Assembly: GCA_963822945.1 (NCBI GenBank)
Contig: CAWGJO010000012.1
Span: 72,518 to 136,517 of the forward strand
Origin: an uncultured Gemmatimonadaceae bacterium
GTDB lineage: Bacteria > Gemmatimonadota > Gemmatimonadetes > Gemmatimonadales > Gemmatimonadaceae
DNA: 64,000 nt
Direction: 5' to 3'
Shown here: one piece after another, positions 54,531 through 64,000 of the stretch
Layout: every line of letters begins with the position of its first letter
Position numbering within the stretch: the stretch's first letter is position 1
The notes under the pieces: generated by a model
Database searches by the model: none
What the model was told of the DNA's origin: nothing
Seen by the model: the letters and a program-made list of their open reading frames with translations, nothing else
Made by a program: the position numbers and the translations under genes

Positions 54531-55659
54531 ACAGCAGCGGCGCCAGCGCGATGAAGTTGCGCCGCCACACCTGCCACTGGTGCGCACCCGGCGTGGTCAC
54601 GAAGGTGTGATGGATGCCGTGGCGGTCGAGCAGGCCGGCGAACAGTTCGTTGGGCGGGAACCAGACGCGGTCGTCCGTGCCGCAGGCGGTCCAGAGCAGT
54701 TTGAGGGTCGCGTTGGTCGCGGCAGGATGGTCGAGCACCTCCGCGAAGGTCTGTTCCAGCGCGGCCTGCCGGCGCGGAATGGCCGCGCTGAAGCCCGCCA
54801 CCCAATGGAACAGCGCCGGATGCGTGAGTCCGATGGTGAGCGATTGGTTGCCGCCCATCGAGAATCCCGCAATCGCCCGGTGATCCGCATCGGTGAACAC
54901 GCGGTACTCGTGCTCGACGAGCGGCCGGATGGTTTCGAGCAGATCCTGCTCCACCAGCGTGGGCCCGCGCTCGGGCGGCTGGTTCAGCCCGAGGGTGGTG
55001 ACGGTCTGCGGGTGGCCATAGGGCATGACCACGACCATCGGCTTCGCCCGTCCCTCGGCAATCAGGTTGTCGAGGATGAAGTTCGCCCGCCCCGTGGTGG
55101 TCCATCCTTGCTGCGTGAACCCGGCCCCGTGCATGAGATAGAGGACGGGATAGCGCGCGTCGCCGGCCTCGTATCCCGGCGGGGTGTACACGTACACGGC
55201 GCGGAGCCCGTGCAGCGCGGCGGAGTGATACCAGTTGATGTGCACGGTGCCATGCGGTACCGGGCGGGCATCCCACAACTCGGCGCTGTCTCCCGGCACC
55301 TCGATGAGGCTCGAGGCCGTGCGCGGACCGAGCGTGAGGCTCGGGTTCACCGGGTCCGGGACCGTGACGTCGTCGATCTGAAACGTATAGTCGTAGAGAT
55401 CGGGGGCGAACGGTCCGAGGGTTACGCTCCATACCCCGTTCGAGTCGCGGGTCATCGGCCGGCGCGGCTGGTCCTGGATCATATCGCCGCCGACGCTCAC
55501 CGCGGCCGCCCGTGGCGCGAACACGCGGAAGGTGATCGTGCGGTTGTCATTGACTTCGGGCGAGCGGAGCGGGGCGGGACGTCGCGGCTGTTGTGCCGCC
55601 GCCAGCTGCGGGAGCGCGGCCAGAGCAAGGGCCGTGACCAGGCGTCGGCCCGGCGTCAC
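54520..55659 (-). CDS. Secreted esterase (CBM48-like N-domain plus alpha/beta hydrolase); complete only in this arm
   Basis: SPEV...[34 protein letters not shown] nucleophile, GAHQW; GTG overlaps the peptidase stop. Confidence 0.9.
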   Translation of the reverse strand: MTPGRRLVTALALAALPQLAAAQQPRRPAPLRSPEVNDNRTITFRVFAPRAAAVSVGGDMIQDQPRRPMTRDSNGVWSVTLGPFAPDLYDYTFQIDDVTVPDPVNPSLTLGPRTASSLIEVPGDSAELWDARPVPHGTVHINWYHSAALHGLRAVYVYTPPGYEAGDARYPVLYLMHGAGFTQQGWTTTGRANFILDNLIAEGRAKPMVVVMPYGHPQTVTTLGLNQPPERGPTLVEQDLLETIRPLVEHEYRVFTDADHRAIAGFSMGGNQSLTIGLTHPALFHWVAGFSAAIPRRQAALEQTFAEVLDHPAATNATLKLLWTACGTDDRVWFPPNELFAGLLDRHGIHHTFVTTPGAHQWQVWRRNFIALAPLLFTH

Positions 55660-57109
55660 GGCACCACCTGCCGACGCTGCTTCATGAGCGCCTCGATCTC
55701 GCCGATCTCTCGCGGCGCCGTACTCAATCGCTCCAACCCCTTGTCCGTAATCACGTAGTCGTCCTCGATGCGAACTCCGGTGTTCTCGTAGCGGGCCACC
55801 GCGTCGTGCACGTGGGCGATGAACGCGCGGTTCTTCGGAGTGTCGGGCAGCACATGAGGAGGTGCGGCTGATGTAGATGCCCGGCTCGATGGTGAACGCG
55901 TCGCCGACCTGGTACGTCCGGTCGCCGTAGTAGAACTGCACCGGATCGTGGACGGCGAGGCCCAGGCCATGGCTGATGCCGTGGATCTCCGAGGTTGGCC
56001 TGCTTGCAGGCGTCGGTTGGTGCGTGCAGTCGGCGGCCCACGGCGGGTCGAAGGTCGCGTCGGCGCTCTCGACGAGGCCGATTGGCGCGAGCCCGCGGGC
56101 CCGCACGGCGAACGACGAATCCTGTGCGATGTGCTCCGGCAGGCGCGCGAATACCGCTCGGCGGTCGACTGTGCATCGCGAACCAGTTGGTAGATACGGC
56201 GCTGATCGGGGTGAACGTGCCGCTCACGGGAATGGATCGCGTGATGTCGGCCGCGTACCTGATATCACCCGCCGCATCCATCACCACGATGTCCCCCGGC
56301 CGGGCCGCGGCCGTGTCCTTCATATAGTGGAGCTGCGTGCCGTTCGCCCCGGCGCCCACGATCGATCCGTAGGCCACGCGCTCGGCGCCGAGCCGGGTGA
56401 AAGCGTCTTCCAGCGCCGCCCGCAGTTCGTACTCGTGCCGCGGATTCGGCACCAGCATCGCGGCCCGGTGCCCGGCCGAGCTGATCTCGGCCGCCCGTCG
56501 CAGGAGTGCAATCTCCGCGGGGCTCTTGCGAGCCCGAAGTTGATCGACCATCGGGTGCGCGTCGCGGAGGTCCAGCCCGGGATGCGCCTGCGCGAACTCG
56601 CGCATGAACTGCTGGCCCCGCGTCAGGGAATCGGCGTGAGCGAAATCAGCGTCGGCGAAGTCGGCCAGTGTGTAGAACGGAAGCCCGTGGCCGGCAAGCG
56701 AGTCGAGCACCCCCCGCAACGCGCCGAACGAGCGACCGGACAGTCCGGTGGACTGCCGGACCGTGGCGGTGTCGGGCCGGCGGCCATAGTACAGCGCCGT
56801 TCGCGGGTTGATGGGCGTGAGGAACAGGGTACCGGCGGCATGTCCGTGGTGTACCACCAACACGAAGGCCGCATCCGGTTCGTCGAAGCCGGTCAGGTAA
56901 TGGAAGGCCGGCAGTTGAAAGAAGGGGCCGAAGTCCGTGACCGGTGTTCGGCCGCCGAAGGCCACGACCACGCCGCTGTCGATACGAGCGGCCAACGAAT
57001 CGCGGCGAGCGGTGTATTCGTGTTGGGTGATCTGGGCTCGGACCGGCGCGGCGAGCGCGAGACCGGCAAGCACGATGGAGCCTACGGCGGCGCGCAGAGG
57101 AGTCGGCAT
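55656..57109 (-). CDS. Mirror copy of the Xaa-Pro aminopeptidase (frameshifted)
   Basis: Matches 46097-47563. Confidence 0.8.
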
Positions 57110-57456
57110 GTCGGGAACCGGGGGGCGGGGTGGGGGAAACGAGGGCTGCGGTGCTGGTGGCGGCCGCAGCGCTGGCCACGTCGTCGGCCGTTGCCCGAGC
57201 GGCATGGGGAGGCGACGCCGGGAAAGCTCGCTGCCACGAATCGCGGCGCAAGGGGCCCTACCCGAACCTTGCGTGAAAGGTTGGCGACAGCTGGCGCGCA
57301 TGCGGAGGATTGCCGCTTGATCGCAGTGGAACTACACCGTATACTCGACTGTATACAATGATAGGAGTTCGGAGCGACGGTGGCCCAAACATCGGTGTGG
57401 AGGGGTGTATGAGGTTCGATGACGCGGTTCACGATGCGGTGACGCGGGTGCAGGAA

Positions 57457-58207
57457 ATGAATCGGTTCTTCCTGGGGCTCGGCGCGGTGGCGGTGGCGCT
57501 GCTGATAACCGCTTCCCCGCCCACGCGCAGGCACGCGGTGCGCGGGGTGGCGGATACCTGTTCGGTGTCCCGAGTGGGACGGTCACGATCCGGACGGGGT
57601 ACGACATGGCGTTCGCGAACAGCGATCTGTTCTCGTTCGTCCGCAGCGAACTCACGGTGAATCACAGCGACTTCTCGAGTCCCACGATCGCCACGGATTT
57701 CGGGTTCCGGCTGATCCGCGCGTGGACGCCGTGGTGGGGATTGCCTACTCCCATTCCGCGGTGGAGTCGCAATTCCGCGATTGGCTGGACAACAACAACC
57801 TGCCGATCAACCAGACGAACGAATTCACCCGCGTACCGCTCACGGTGAACCTCAAGGCGTATCTGGCGCCGCGGGGACGCGCGATCGGGCATTATGCGTG
57901 GATTCCGGCGCACTTCGCGCCGTACGTCGGCATCGGGGCCGGCACCATGTGGTACAAGTTCCGGCAGGGTGGCGACTTCATCGATTTCACCACCACCAAT
58001 GTTTATTCCGACGCGTACAGCACGTCGGCGTGGACCCCATGGCCGACGCGTTCGTGGGCGGCGATTTCAACATCAATTCCGCGATGGCCCTGACTGCCGA
58101 GGCACGCTATTCTTGGCACAGGGGCCGGTGGGCGGTGCTATTCCGGATTCCATCGTCTCGATCTGTCTGGCCTGGCGGTGACGGCGGGTATTACCTTCAG
58201 GTATTGA
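57457..58207 (+). CDS. Mirror copy of the beta-barrel gene (frameshifted)
   Basis: Matches 44993-45748. Confidence 0.75.
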
Positions 58208-58219
58208 GGAGAGCGGCAT

Positions 58220-59543
58220 ATGAAGAATCGCATGGATGTCTCGAGGCGGATCGCCGTGGTGGCCGCCGTCTTCGCCGGCGGATTGCTTCTCGTGCCGACG
58301 GTCCGGGCGTCCGCCCAGGCGACGAACGCCGATGGCGCTGGAACGCGTACCTCGGGTGTGGGGCCGGCCGGCGCCCCGTCCGGGGTCAAGGCTTCGTTGC
58401 TCTGCGTCGTGCCGGCGCAGGGCACTTCGGCCGTCGATCTGGTGACCGTCACCGACGGCAAGGAAGTGGCGCGGGAACACATCGAAGCCACGGGGAAGCA
58501 CGTGGCCGCCACGCGCGACGGGTGCAAGGGTTGGGAGAGCGCCGAGTGGTCGCGCGACGATGAACGCGTGTATCGGCACGCCGATTTCATGTGCGGCGCG
58601 ATGCGCCAGAAGTCCACGGCGTTGATCGCGATGTCCGCCGACGGCGACCTCATGGACGTGCAGGGCCTTGCCGCGGGAAGAACACCGGCGTGCGGGTGAC
58701 CCAGTATCGCGAAGCCACGGATCCCGGCCCGTTGCCGGCGGATATCGCCGCGGCCATCGGCGGGCGGACCATGGCGGTGGACGCGGCCCGGGTGGCCGCG
58801 GCGGCGCCGCTGAGCACCGACAACGTGATCGAGGCATCGTCGCATCTGGATACGCCGGTCGTCGAGGCCTGGCTCGCCAATCGCGGTGACCCGATGGCCG
58901 TGAACGCCAAGGAATTGGAAGCGCTGGCCAATGGTGGCGTGCCCGGTGACGTCATCGACGTCATGGTCGCGCTGGCGAATCCGCAGAAGTTCGCGGTGAA
59001 TCCGGCGCTCGGCGGGACCACCGGCCAGTACGGCGATGCGGTCGCTCCGAACCGGCTCAACGGCGTGGTTGGATCTTCGAACGCCGACACCACGCGCACG
59101 ATCTGTCCGTACTCCGCGTACGGGTGGGACTACGGCAGCACGTGCGTGTACTCGCCCTGGACCTATGGCTACTCGCCCTACGGGTACTATTCGCCGTTCA
59201 GTCCGTACTACGGGTACAGTCCGTATTACGGGTATTCGGGGTACAACTACTACGGCTATGGCTACGGATACGGGTACGGTGGCTGGTACGGTGGGCAGCC
59301 AGTGGTCGTGGTGGTGAAGAGCGGTGGTCAGACCGGATCCCACGGACGGGTGGTGAAGGGGCGCGGATACGTGCAGGGCAGCCCACCGCCTTCGTCCGGA
59401 AGTTCGGGTCAGCGGATGCCCGTGCGTTCCGCAGGCGCATCTCCGGCTCCTCGAGCGCCGGCAGCGCGTCAGTCGGGCACAGCAGCGGGTCCTCCTCCGG
59501 CCGGACGGCGCATCGCACCGGCGGTGGCGGCGGCACCATCTGA
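58220..59543 (+). CDS. Mirror copy of the Tyr/Gly-rich secreted protein (frameshifted)
   Basis: Matches 43653-44980. Confidence 0.75.
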
Positions 59544-59622
59544 TTGGAGTTCCGGTCGATGTTCGAAGCGGCGCCGGCGAGTGTGTTCGCCGGCGCCGCT
59601 TCTCATTCGCCCGCGGCGAAGG

Positions 59623-60516
59623 TCAGTCGGGTCCGACCGCCCGCCCGGCGATCACCGTCACGTTGTCGGAGCCGCCGCGCTCCAGCGCCAGCTCCACCAG
59701 GGAATGGCAGACCTGTTCGGACGACCGCATGGTGCGCAGATGCTCGGCGATCTCGTCGTCGGATACGTGCTTGGTGAGACCGTCGCTGCACAGCAGGATC
59801 ACGCAGCCGCGCTCGCGGATGTCGAGGCGGTTGACCTCGGGCGTCGCCTCGGCGGCTCCGATGGCTCGTGCCAGCACGTTGCGGTACGGTGAGGCCGCGG
59901 CGCGATCGGGGGCGAGCACGCCCATGTCCACCAGGTCCTGGGCCACGGTCTGATCGCGCGTCACCTGGTGCAGCTCGCCGTGTGAGAAGTGGTAGCAGCG
60001 GCTGTCCCCCACCTGCACCACGTACGCCCATGGCCAGACCGCGACCGCGAGCGTGAGCGTCGTCGCCATCACCTGGGGCAGGGCGAGCGATGCGGCCTTG
60101 CTCTGCACGGCGGCATGGGCCTGCGCGGCGGCCGTCCGGAGCGCCGCCATCAGTTCCTCCTCGCGCCCCGACACCACGGCGTGACAGCACTCCATGGTGG
60201 ACGACACGTAGTCCATGATCGCTTCGACCGCGAGCTGGCTGGCCTGGCCGCCCTCGCTCCCGCCTCCGACGCCGTCGGCCACCAGCATGATCGTCGCCAT
60301 CCGCTGTCCGCGCGCCGGCAGTTGCTCCGGATGCGGCAGGCTGGTTCCGTGGATGACTACCTGCGGATGCACCGTGCCGAGCAGGAAATGGTCCTGGTTC
60401 TCCGGCCGGACCCGGCCGGCGTGCGTCATGCCGTACAGATCGAGTTGGTGATCGCGGGGACGTTCGCTCGGCGCCGCTTCAATGGCGCCGGCCAGGGGGT
60501 TGGATTCGGCCGTCAC
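59623..60516 (-). CDS. Mirror copy of the PP2C phosphatase
   Basis: Same translation as 42680-43573. Confidence 0.85.
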   Translation of the reverse strand: MTAESNPLAGAIEAAPSERPRDHQLDLYGMTHAGRVRPENQDHFLLGTVHPQVVIHGTSLPHPEQLPARGQRMATIMLVADGVGGGSEGGQASQLAVEAIMDYVSSTMECCHAVVSGREEELMAALRTAAAQAHAAVQSKAASLALPQVMATTLTLAVAVWPWAYVVQVGDSRCYHFSHGELHQVTRDQTVAQDLVDMGVLAPDRAAASPYRNVLARAIGAAEATPEVNRLDIRERGCVILLCSDGLTKHVSDDEIAEHLRTMRSSEQVCHSLVELALERGGSDNVTVIAGRAVGPD

Positions 60517-60713
60517 GCGGTCCTCCGTCCGTTCAGCGCATGAAAGAGATGCATCACTCGCGGCGAAATGCGCGACGCGAGTGACTGATCCTGCCGCACC
60601 GGCCGACGGCCGGACGTGGACACCATGACTCCTTACTTGCCCGGCATGGGCACATCGACAATCTGCCGGCTTCAGGGCGGTTCGACCAGCGCCCGGCGAA
60701 TATTCGGCGGCCG

Positions 60714-60881
60714 CTACTGCCCTCGGCGCCCCGACTTGGCCGACGTGGCGTGCGGCTTCACGGGCGGCGCGGGCGGTTGCGGTGGCGCGGGCGAGTGGGG
60801 ATGCGCCTTCTGCGCTTCCGCGTCGGGCCGCGCCACGCGCTTGTGGGCGAAATCTGGGACGTGCGTTCGACGCTTCTTCAT
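60714..60881 (-). CDS. Mirror copy of the 55-aa small protein
   Basis: Same translation as 42316-42483. Confidence 0.55.
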   Translation of the reverse strand: MKKRRTHVPDFAHKRVARPDAEAQKAHPHSPAPPQPPAPPVKPHATSAKSGRRGQ

Positions 60882-61044
60882 GGAGCCTCCTCTCCGAACC
60901 TCCAGTTGGAAATGTGCGGCCGGCCGGTCCCGGAAACCAGTGGGGCCGCCCGGGGAGGCCCCGCGTCGAGCCCGGCATGCTGCGGAGCCCGGAGGCGCCG
61001 GCGGGGGTTCACTTCCCTCCTGGCGTTCGATACCGTTCTCCCCC

Positions 61045-62333
61045 ATGACTCCTCGCATTTCCGAGCTCGCGGCCCATGTGGGCCAGTCCGTCACCGTGCG
61101 CGGTTGGGTGACCCACGTGCGGTCTTCGGGCAAGATCGCGTTTGCCGTGATCCGGGACGGCACGGGTACCCGCAGGCGGTATTCGTGAAGAGCCAGGTTG
61201 CCCCGACGTCTGGGAGCGGTTCGCCGAACTCACCCTGGAGACGTCGGTGGCGGTCACCGGCGAGGTCCGGGCCGAGCCGCGGGCGCCCGGCGGGTACAAG
61301 CTCGGGGTCACCGGCCTGGAGTCGTCGGCGCCAGCCCCACCGAGTATCCGATCCAGCCGAAGGAGCACGGCATCGAGTTCCTGCTGGACCAGCGGCACCT
61401 GTGGCTGCGGTCAGCCGGCAGTGGGCCATCCCGCGGGTACGCAACGAAGTGGAGCAGGCGATCCACGACTTCTTCTACCAGCGTGGATTCGTGCGGCTCG
61501 ACACGCCCATCCTGACGGGGGCCATCGGGGAAACGCGGGCTGTTCGAAACGGAATACTTCGGCGAGGGCCGGCGTACCTCGCGCAGACGGGCCAGTTGTA
61601 CGGCGAGGCCGGGGCTGCGGCGTTCGGCAAGATCTACATGCTTCGGTCCCACGTTCCGGGCCGAGAAGTCGAAGACGCGGCGGCACCTGACGGAGTTCTG
61701 GATGTGCGAACCCGAAGTGGCGTGGAACGACTCCGAGGACAACATGAGTTGCAGGAGGACTTCGTCTCGTTCCTCGTCGCGCGGGCGCTGGAGCGCGGGC
61801 AGGCGGAGTTGAAGGTGCTGGAGCGCGACGTCTCGAGCTGGAGCCGGTGAAGCCGCCCGTTCCCGCGCATCAACTACAGCGACGCGGTAGCGACGCTGCA
61901 GCGCAAGGGAAGCAAGGTGGAAGTGGGGCGACGATCTGGGCGCCGAGGATGAGGCGTTGCTCGTCGAGGATTTACGACCGGCCCGTGTTCGTGGATCAAC
62001 TATCCCAAGGAAGCCAAGGCGTTCTACATGAAGGAGAACCCGGACGATCCGCGCGCGGTGTTGTGCGACGACTGTTTGGCGCCCGAGGGATACGGCGAGA
62101 TCATCGGCGGGTCGCAGCGCGAGGACGACTACGATCGTCTGGTGCAGCGCATCAAGGACGAAGGGCTTCCCATGGAAGCGTACGGGCTGGTATCTGGAGC
62201 TGCGGAAATACGGGACGTTCACGCACTCCGGATTCGGGCTCGGGCTGGAGCGGACCGTGGCATGGATCTGCGGACTGCAGCACTTCCGCGAAGTGATCGC
62301 GTTCCACGGATGATGTACCGCCTGCGTCCCTGA
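61045..62333 (+). CDS. asnS: Mirror copy of asparagine--tRNA ligase (frameshifted, divergent core)
   Basis: [21 protein letters not shown]...[18 protein letters not shown]...RMMYRLRP. Confidence 0.8.
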
Positions 62334-62377
62334 CCGCGGCTGGCGCATCGCGGGGCGGGCACGCAGGATTGTTCACC

Positions 62378-64000
62378 ATGCGAACGATCTTCCTGCGTGC
62401 CCTCTGCATTTCGGCCGTTGCCGCCGACGGTGCCCGGCGCGGCGGCCGCCCAGCATCCGACGACCGCCGCCGAGCGCGCCGCGTCCTGGAACACCCACCA
62501 GGCGATGGCGCAGGCCTCGTACTTTCGCGGCCTCGCGTGGCGCGCCGACGGTCCCGTCAAGACCGGCGCCCGCGTGGAAGCCATCGCCATTCCACCCGGC
62601 AACACGGGTACCATCTACGTCGGCGTCGGCACCGGCAATCTCTGGAAGACGGTCAACAACGGCATCACGTGGCGCCCGATCTTCGAGCACCCGAGCGCCT
62701 TTGCCATCGGCGACGTGGCCGGATCACGCAGCAATCCGAACATCGTCTCGCGGTAGGTACGGGCGAGAAGCAACCGCGCTTCGCCGCTGTTGCGCGTATC
62801 CCGGTACCGGCGTGTTCAAATCGGTGAACGGCGGTGAATCGTGGACCCCGATGGGCCTGGCCGAAACGCAGCACATCGGCAAGGTGCTCATCGATCCGAC
62901 CGATCCCGACATCGTGTACGTCGCCGCGATGGGGCACCAGTGGACGGCCAACGCCGAGCGCGGGGTGTTCCGGACGCGCGACGGCGGCGCGTGCTGGCAG
63001 AAGGTGCTGTTCATCGACGACTCCACCGGCGTGATCGACGTCGCCATGGATCCGGCGGATCCGCGGACGCTGTACGCGTGGGCGTGGCAGATCGAGCAGG
63101 GGGCGCCGGAGTGGCCTGTTCAAGTCCACCGATGGGGGAGACCACTGGCGCCACATCACCGCCGGCCTGCCCGGCGGACTGCTGGGACGTCCCAACATCG
63201 GCGTGGCGCCCGGCGATCGGAACGTCCTGTATCTGTTCGTCGACAACCGCGGACCGGCGACCGTGAAGAACCGCCCGTACGTCGGCGGGGAAGTCTACCG
63301 GTCCGACGACCGGGGGGAGCACTGGCGCAAGGCGAACACCCAGGACCTCTACGACGTGTTCGGAGTGTTCGGCTGGAAGTTCGCCGGCGTGCACGTCGAT
63401 CCGCGCAATGCCGATCACGTGTACATCCTCGGGAATCGCGCCTTCCAATCGTTCGACGGAGGCGCCACCTGGCGCCGGCTCGGCGACCGCATCCTGCGTG
63501 TGCACCACACGGACGGGCGGGCCATGCACCTCGACCAGCACGAACTGGTGATCGATCCCGCCAATCCCGACCGGCTGCTGCTTGGCAATGACGGCGGGCT
63601 GTTCATGTCGTACGACGCCGGCGAGAGCTGGCTGCATCTCAACGACATCCCCGTTTCCCAGATGTACTTCGTCGCCACCGACGACCACACGCCCTACCGC
63701 ATCTTCGCCGGCACGCAGGACGACGCCGCGGTCTACGGGCCGAGCAACGCGTCGCTGGACGACGCGGAGCCCGCGGCGTGGCGCAGCGTGTACCTCGACC
63801 GGTGGACGGGGGGCGACAGTTTCGTCACGCTGCCCGATCCACCGACGATCACATCGTGTACTACGAACATCAGAACGGCGCCATGCGGCGGATGGACATC
63901 ACCGGCACCTCCGTGCTCACGGGCGGGCCGTCGGCCGTGGACATCGCGCCGCGCGCGCCGCTGGGCACGCCCCGCATCCGCTTCAGCTGGTACACGCCCT
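62378..64000 (+). CDS. Mirror copy of the Asp-box propeller gene (partial, frameshifted)
   Basis: Matches 39203-40820. Confidence 0.8.

Larger units (their letters stand above)
51140..64000. repeat. Reverse-complement mirror of 39203-51096 (probable complement strand of one read)
   Basis: Every gene recurs in inverted order; coordinate sums are ~102236 near the axis and ~103200 beyond the indel. Confidence 0.97.

Overview
High-GC bacterial DNA; gene order and content suggest Gemmatimonadota (inference). Bases 1-51096 are mostly housekeeping and mostly on the minus strand: btuFC-like genes under a cobalamin riboswitch, metK, a mannose-type PTS/HprK cluster, nusB, ribHBAED, purM, argS, a methylmalonyl-CoA mutase large subunit, fbp, comEC/comFB, miaB/mtaB, cdd-deoB-alr, mazG, asnS and several secreted or outer-membrane proteins. 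Bases 51140-64000 are a reverse-complement copy of 39203-51096. The axis (51097-51139) resembles Oxford Nanopore ligation-adapter remnants, so the mirror is most likely an unsplit template+complement read, not biology. The scattered single-base frameshifts are probably read errors too. The best candidate for a novel system is a ~905-bp module (21990-22894) filling the fbp-mutase gap: an antisense four-helix-bundle (IVS-protein/Avd-like) gene bracketed by ~90-105-bp inverted repeats built from 8/16-bp units, with an internal drifting 10-bp tandem array.
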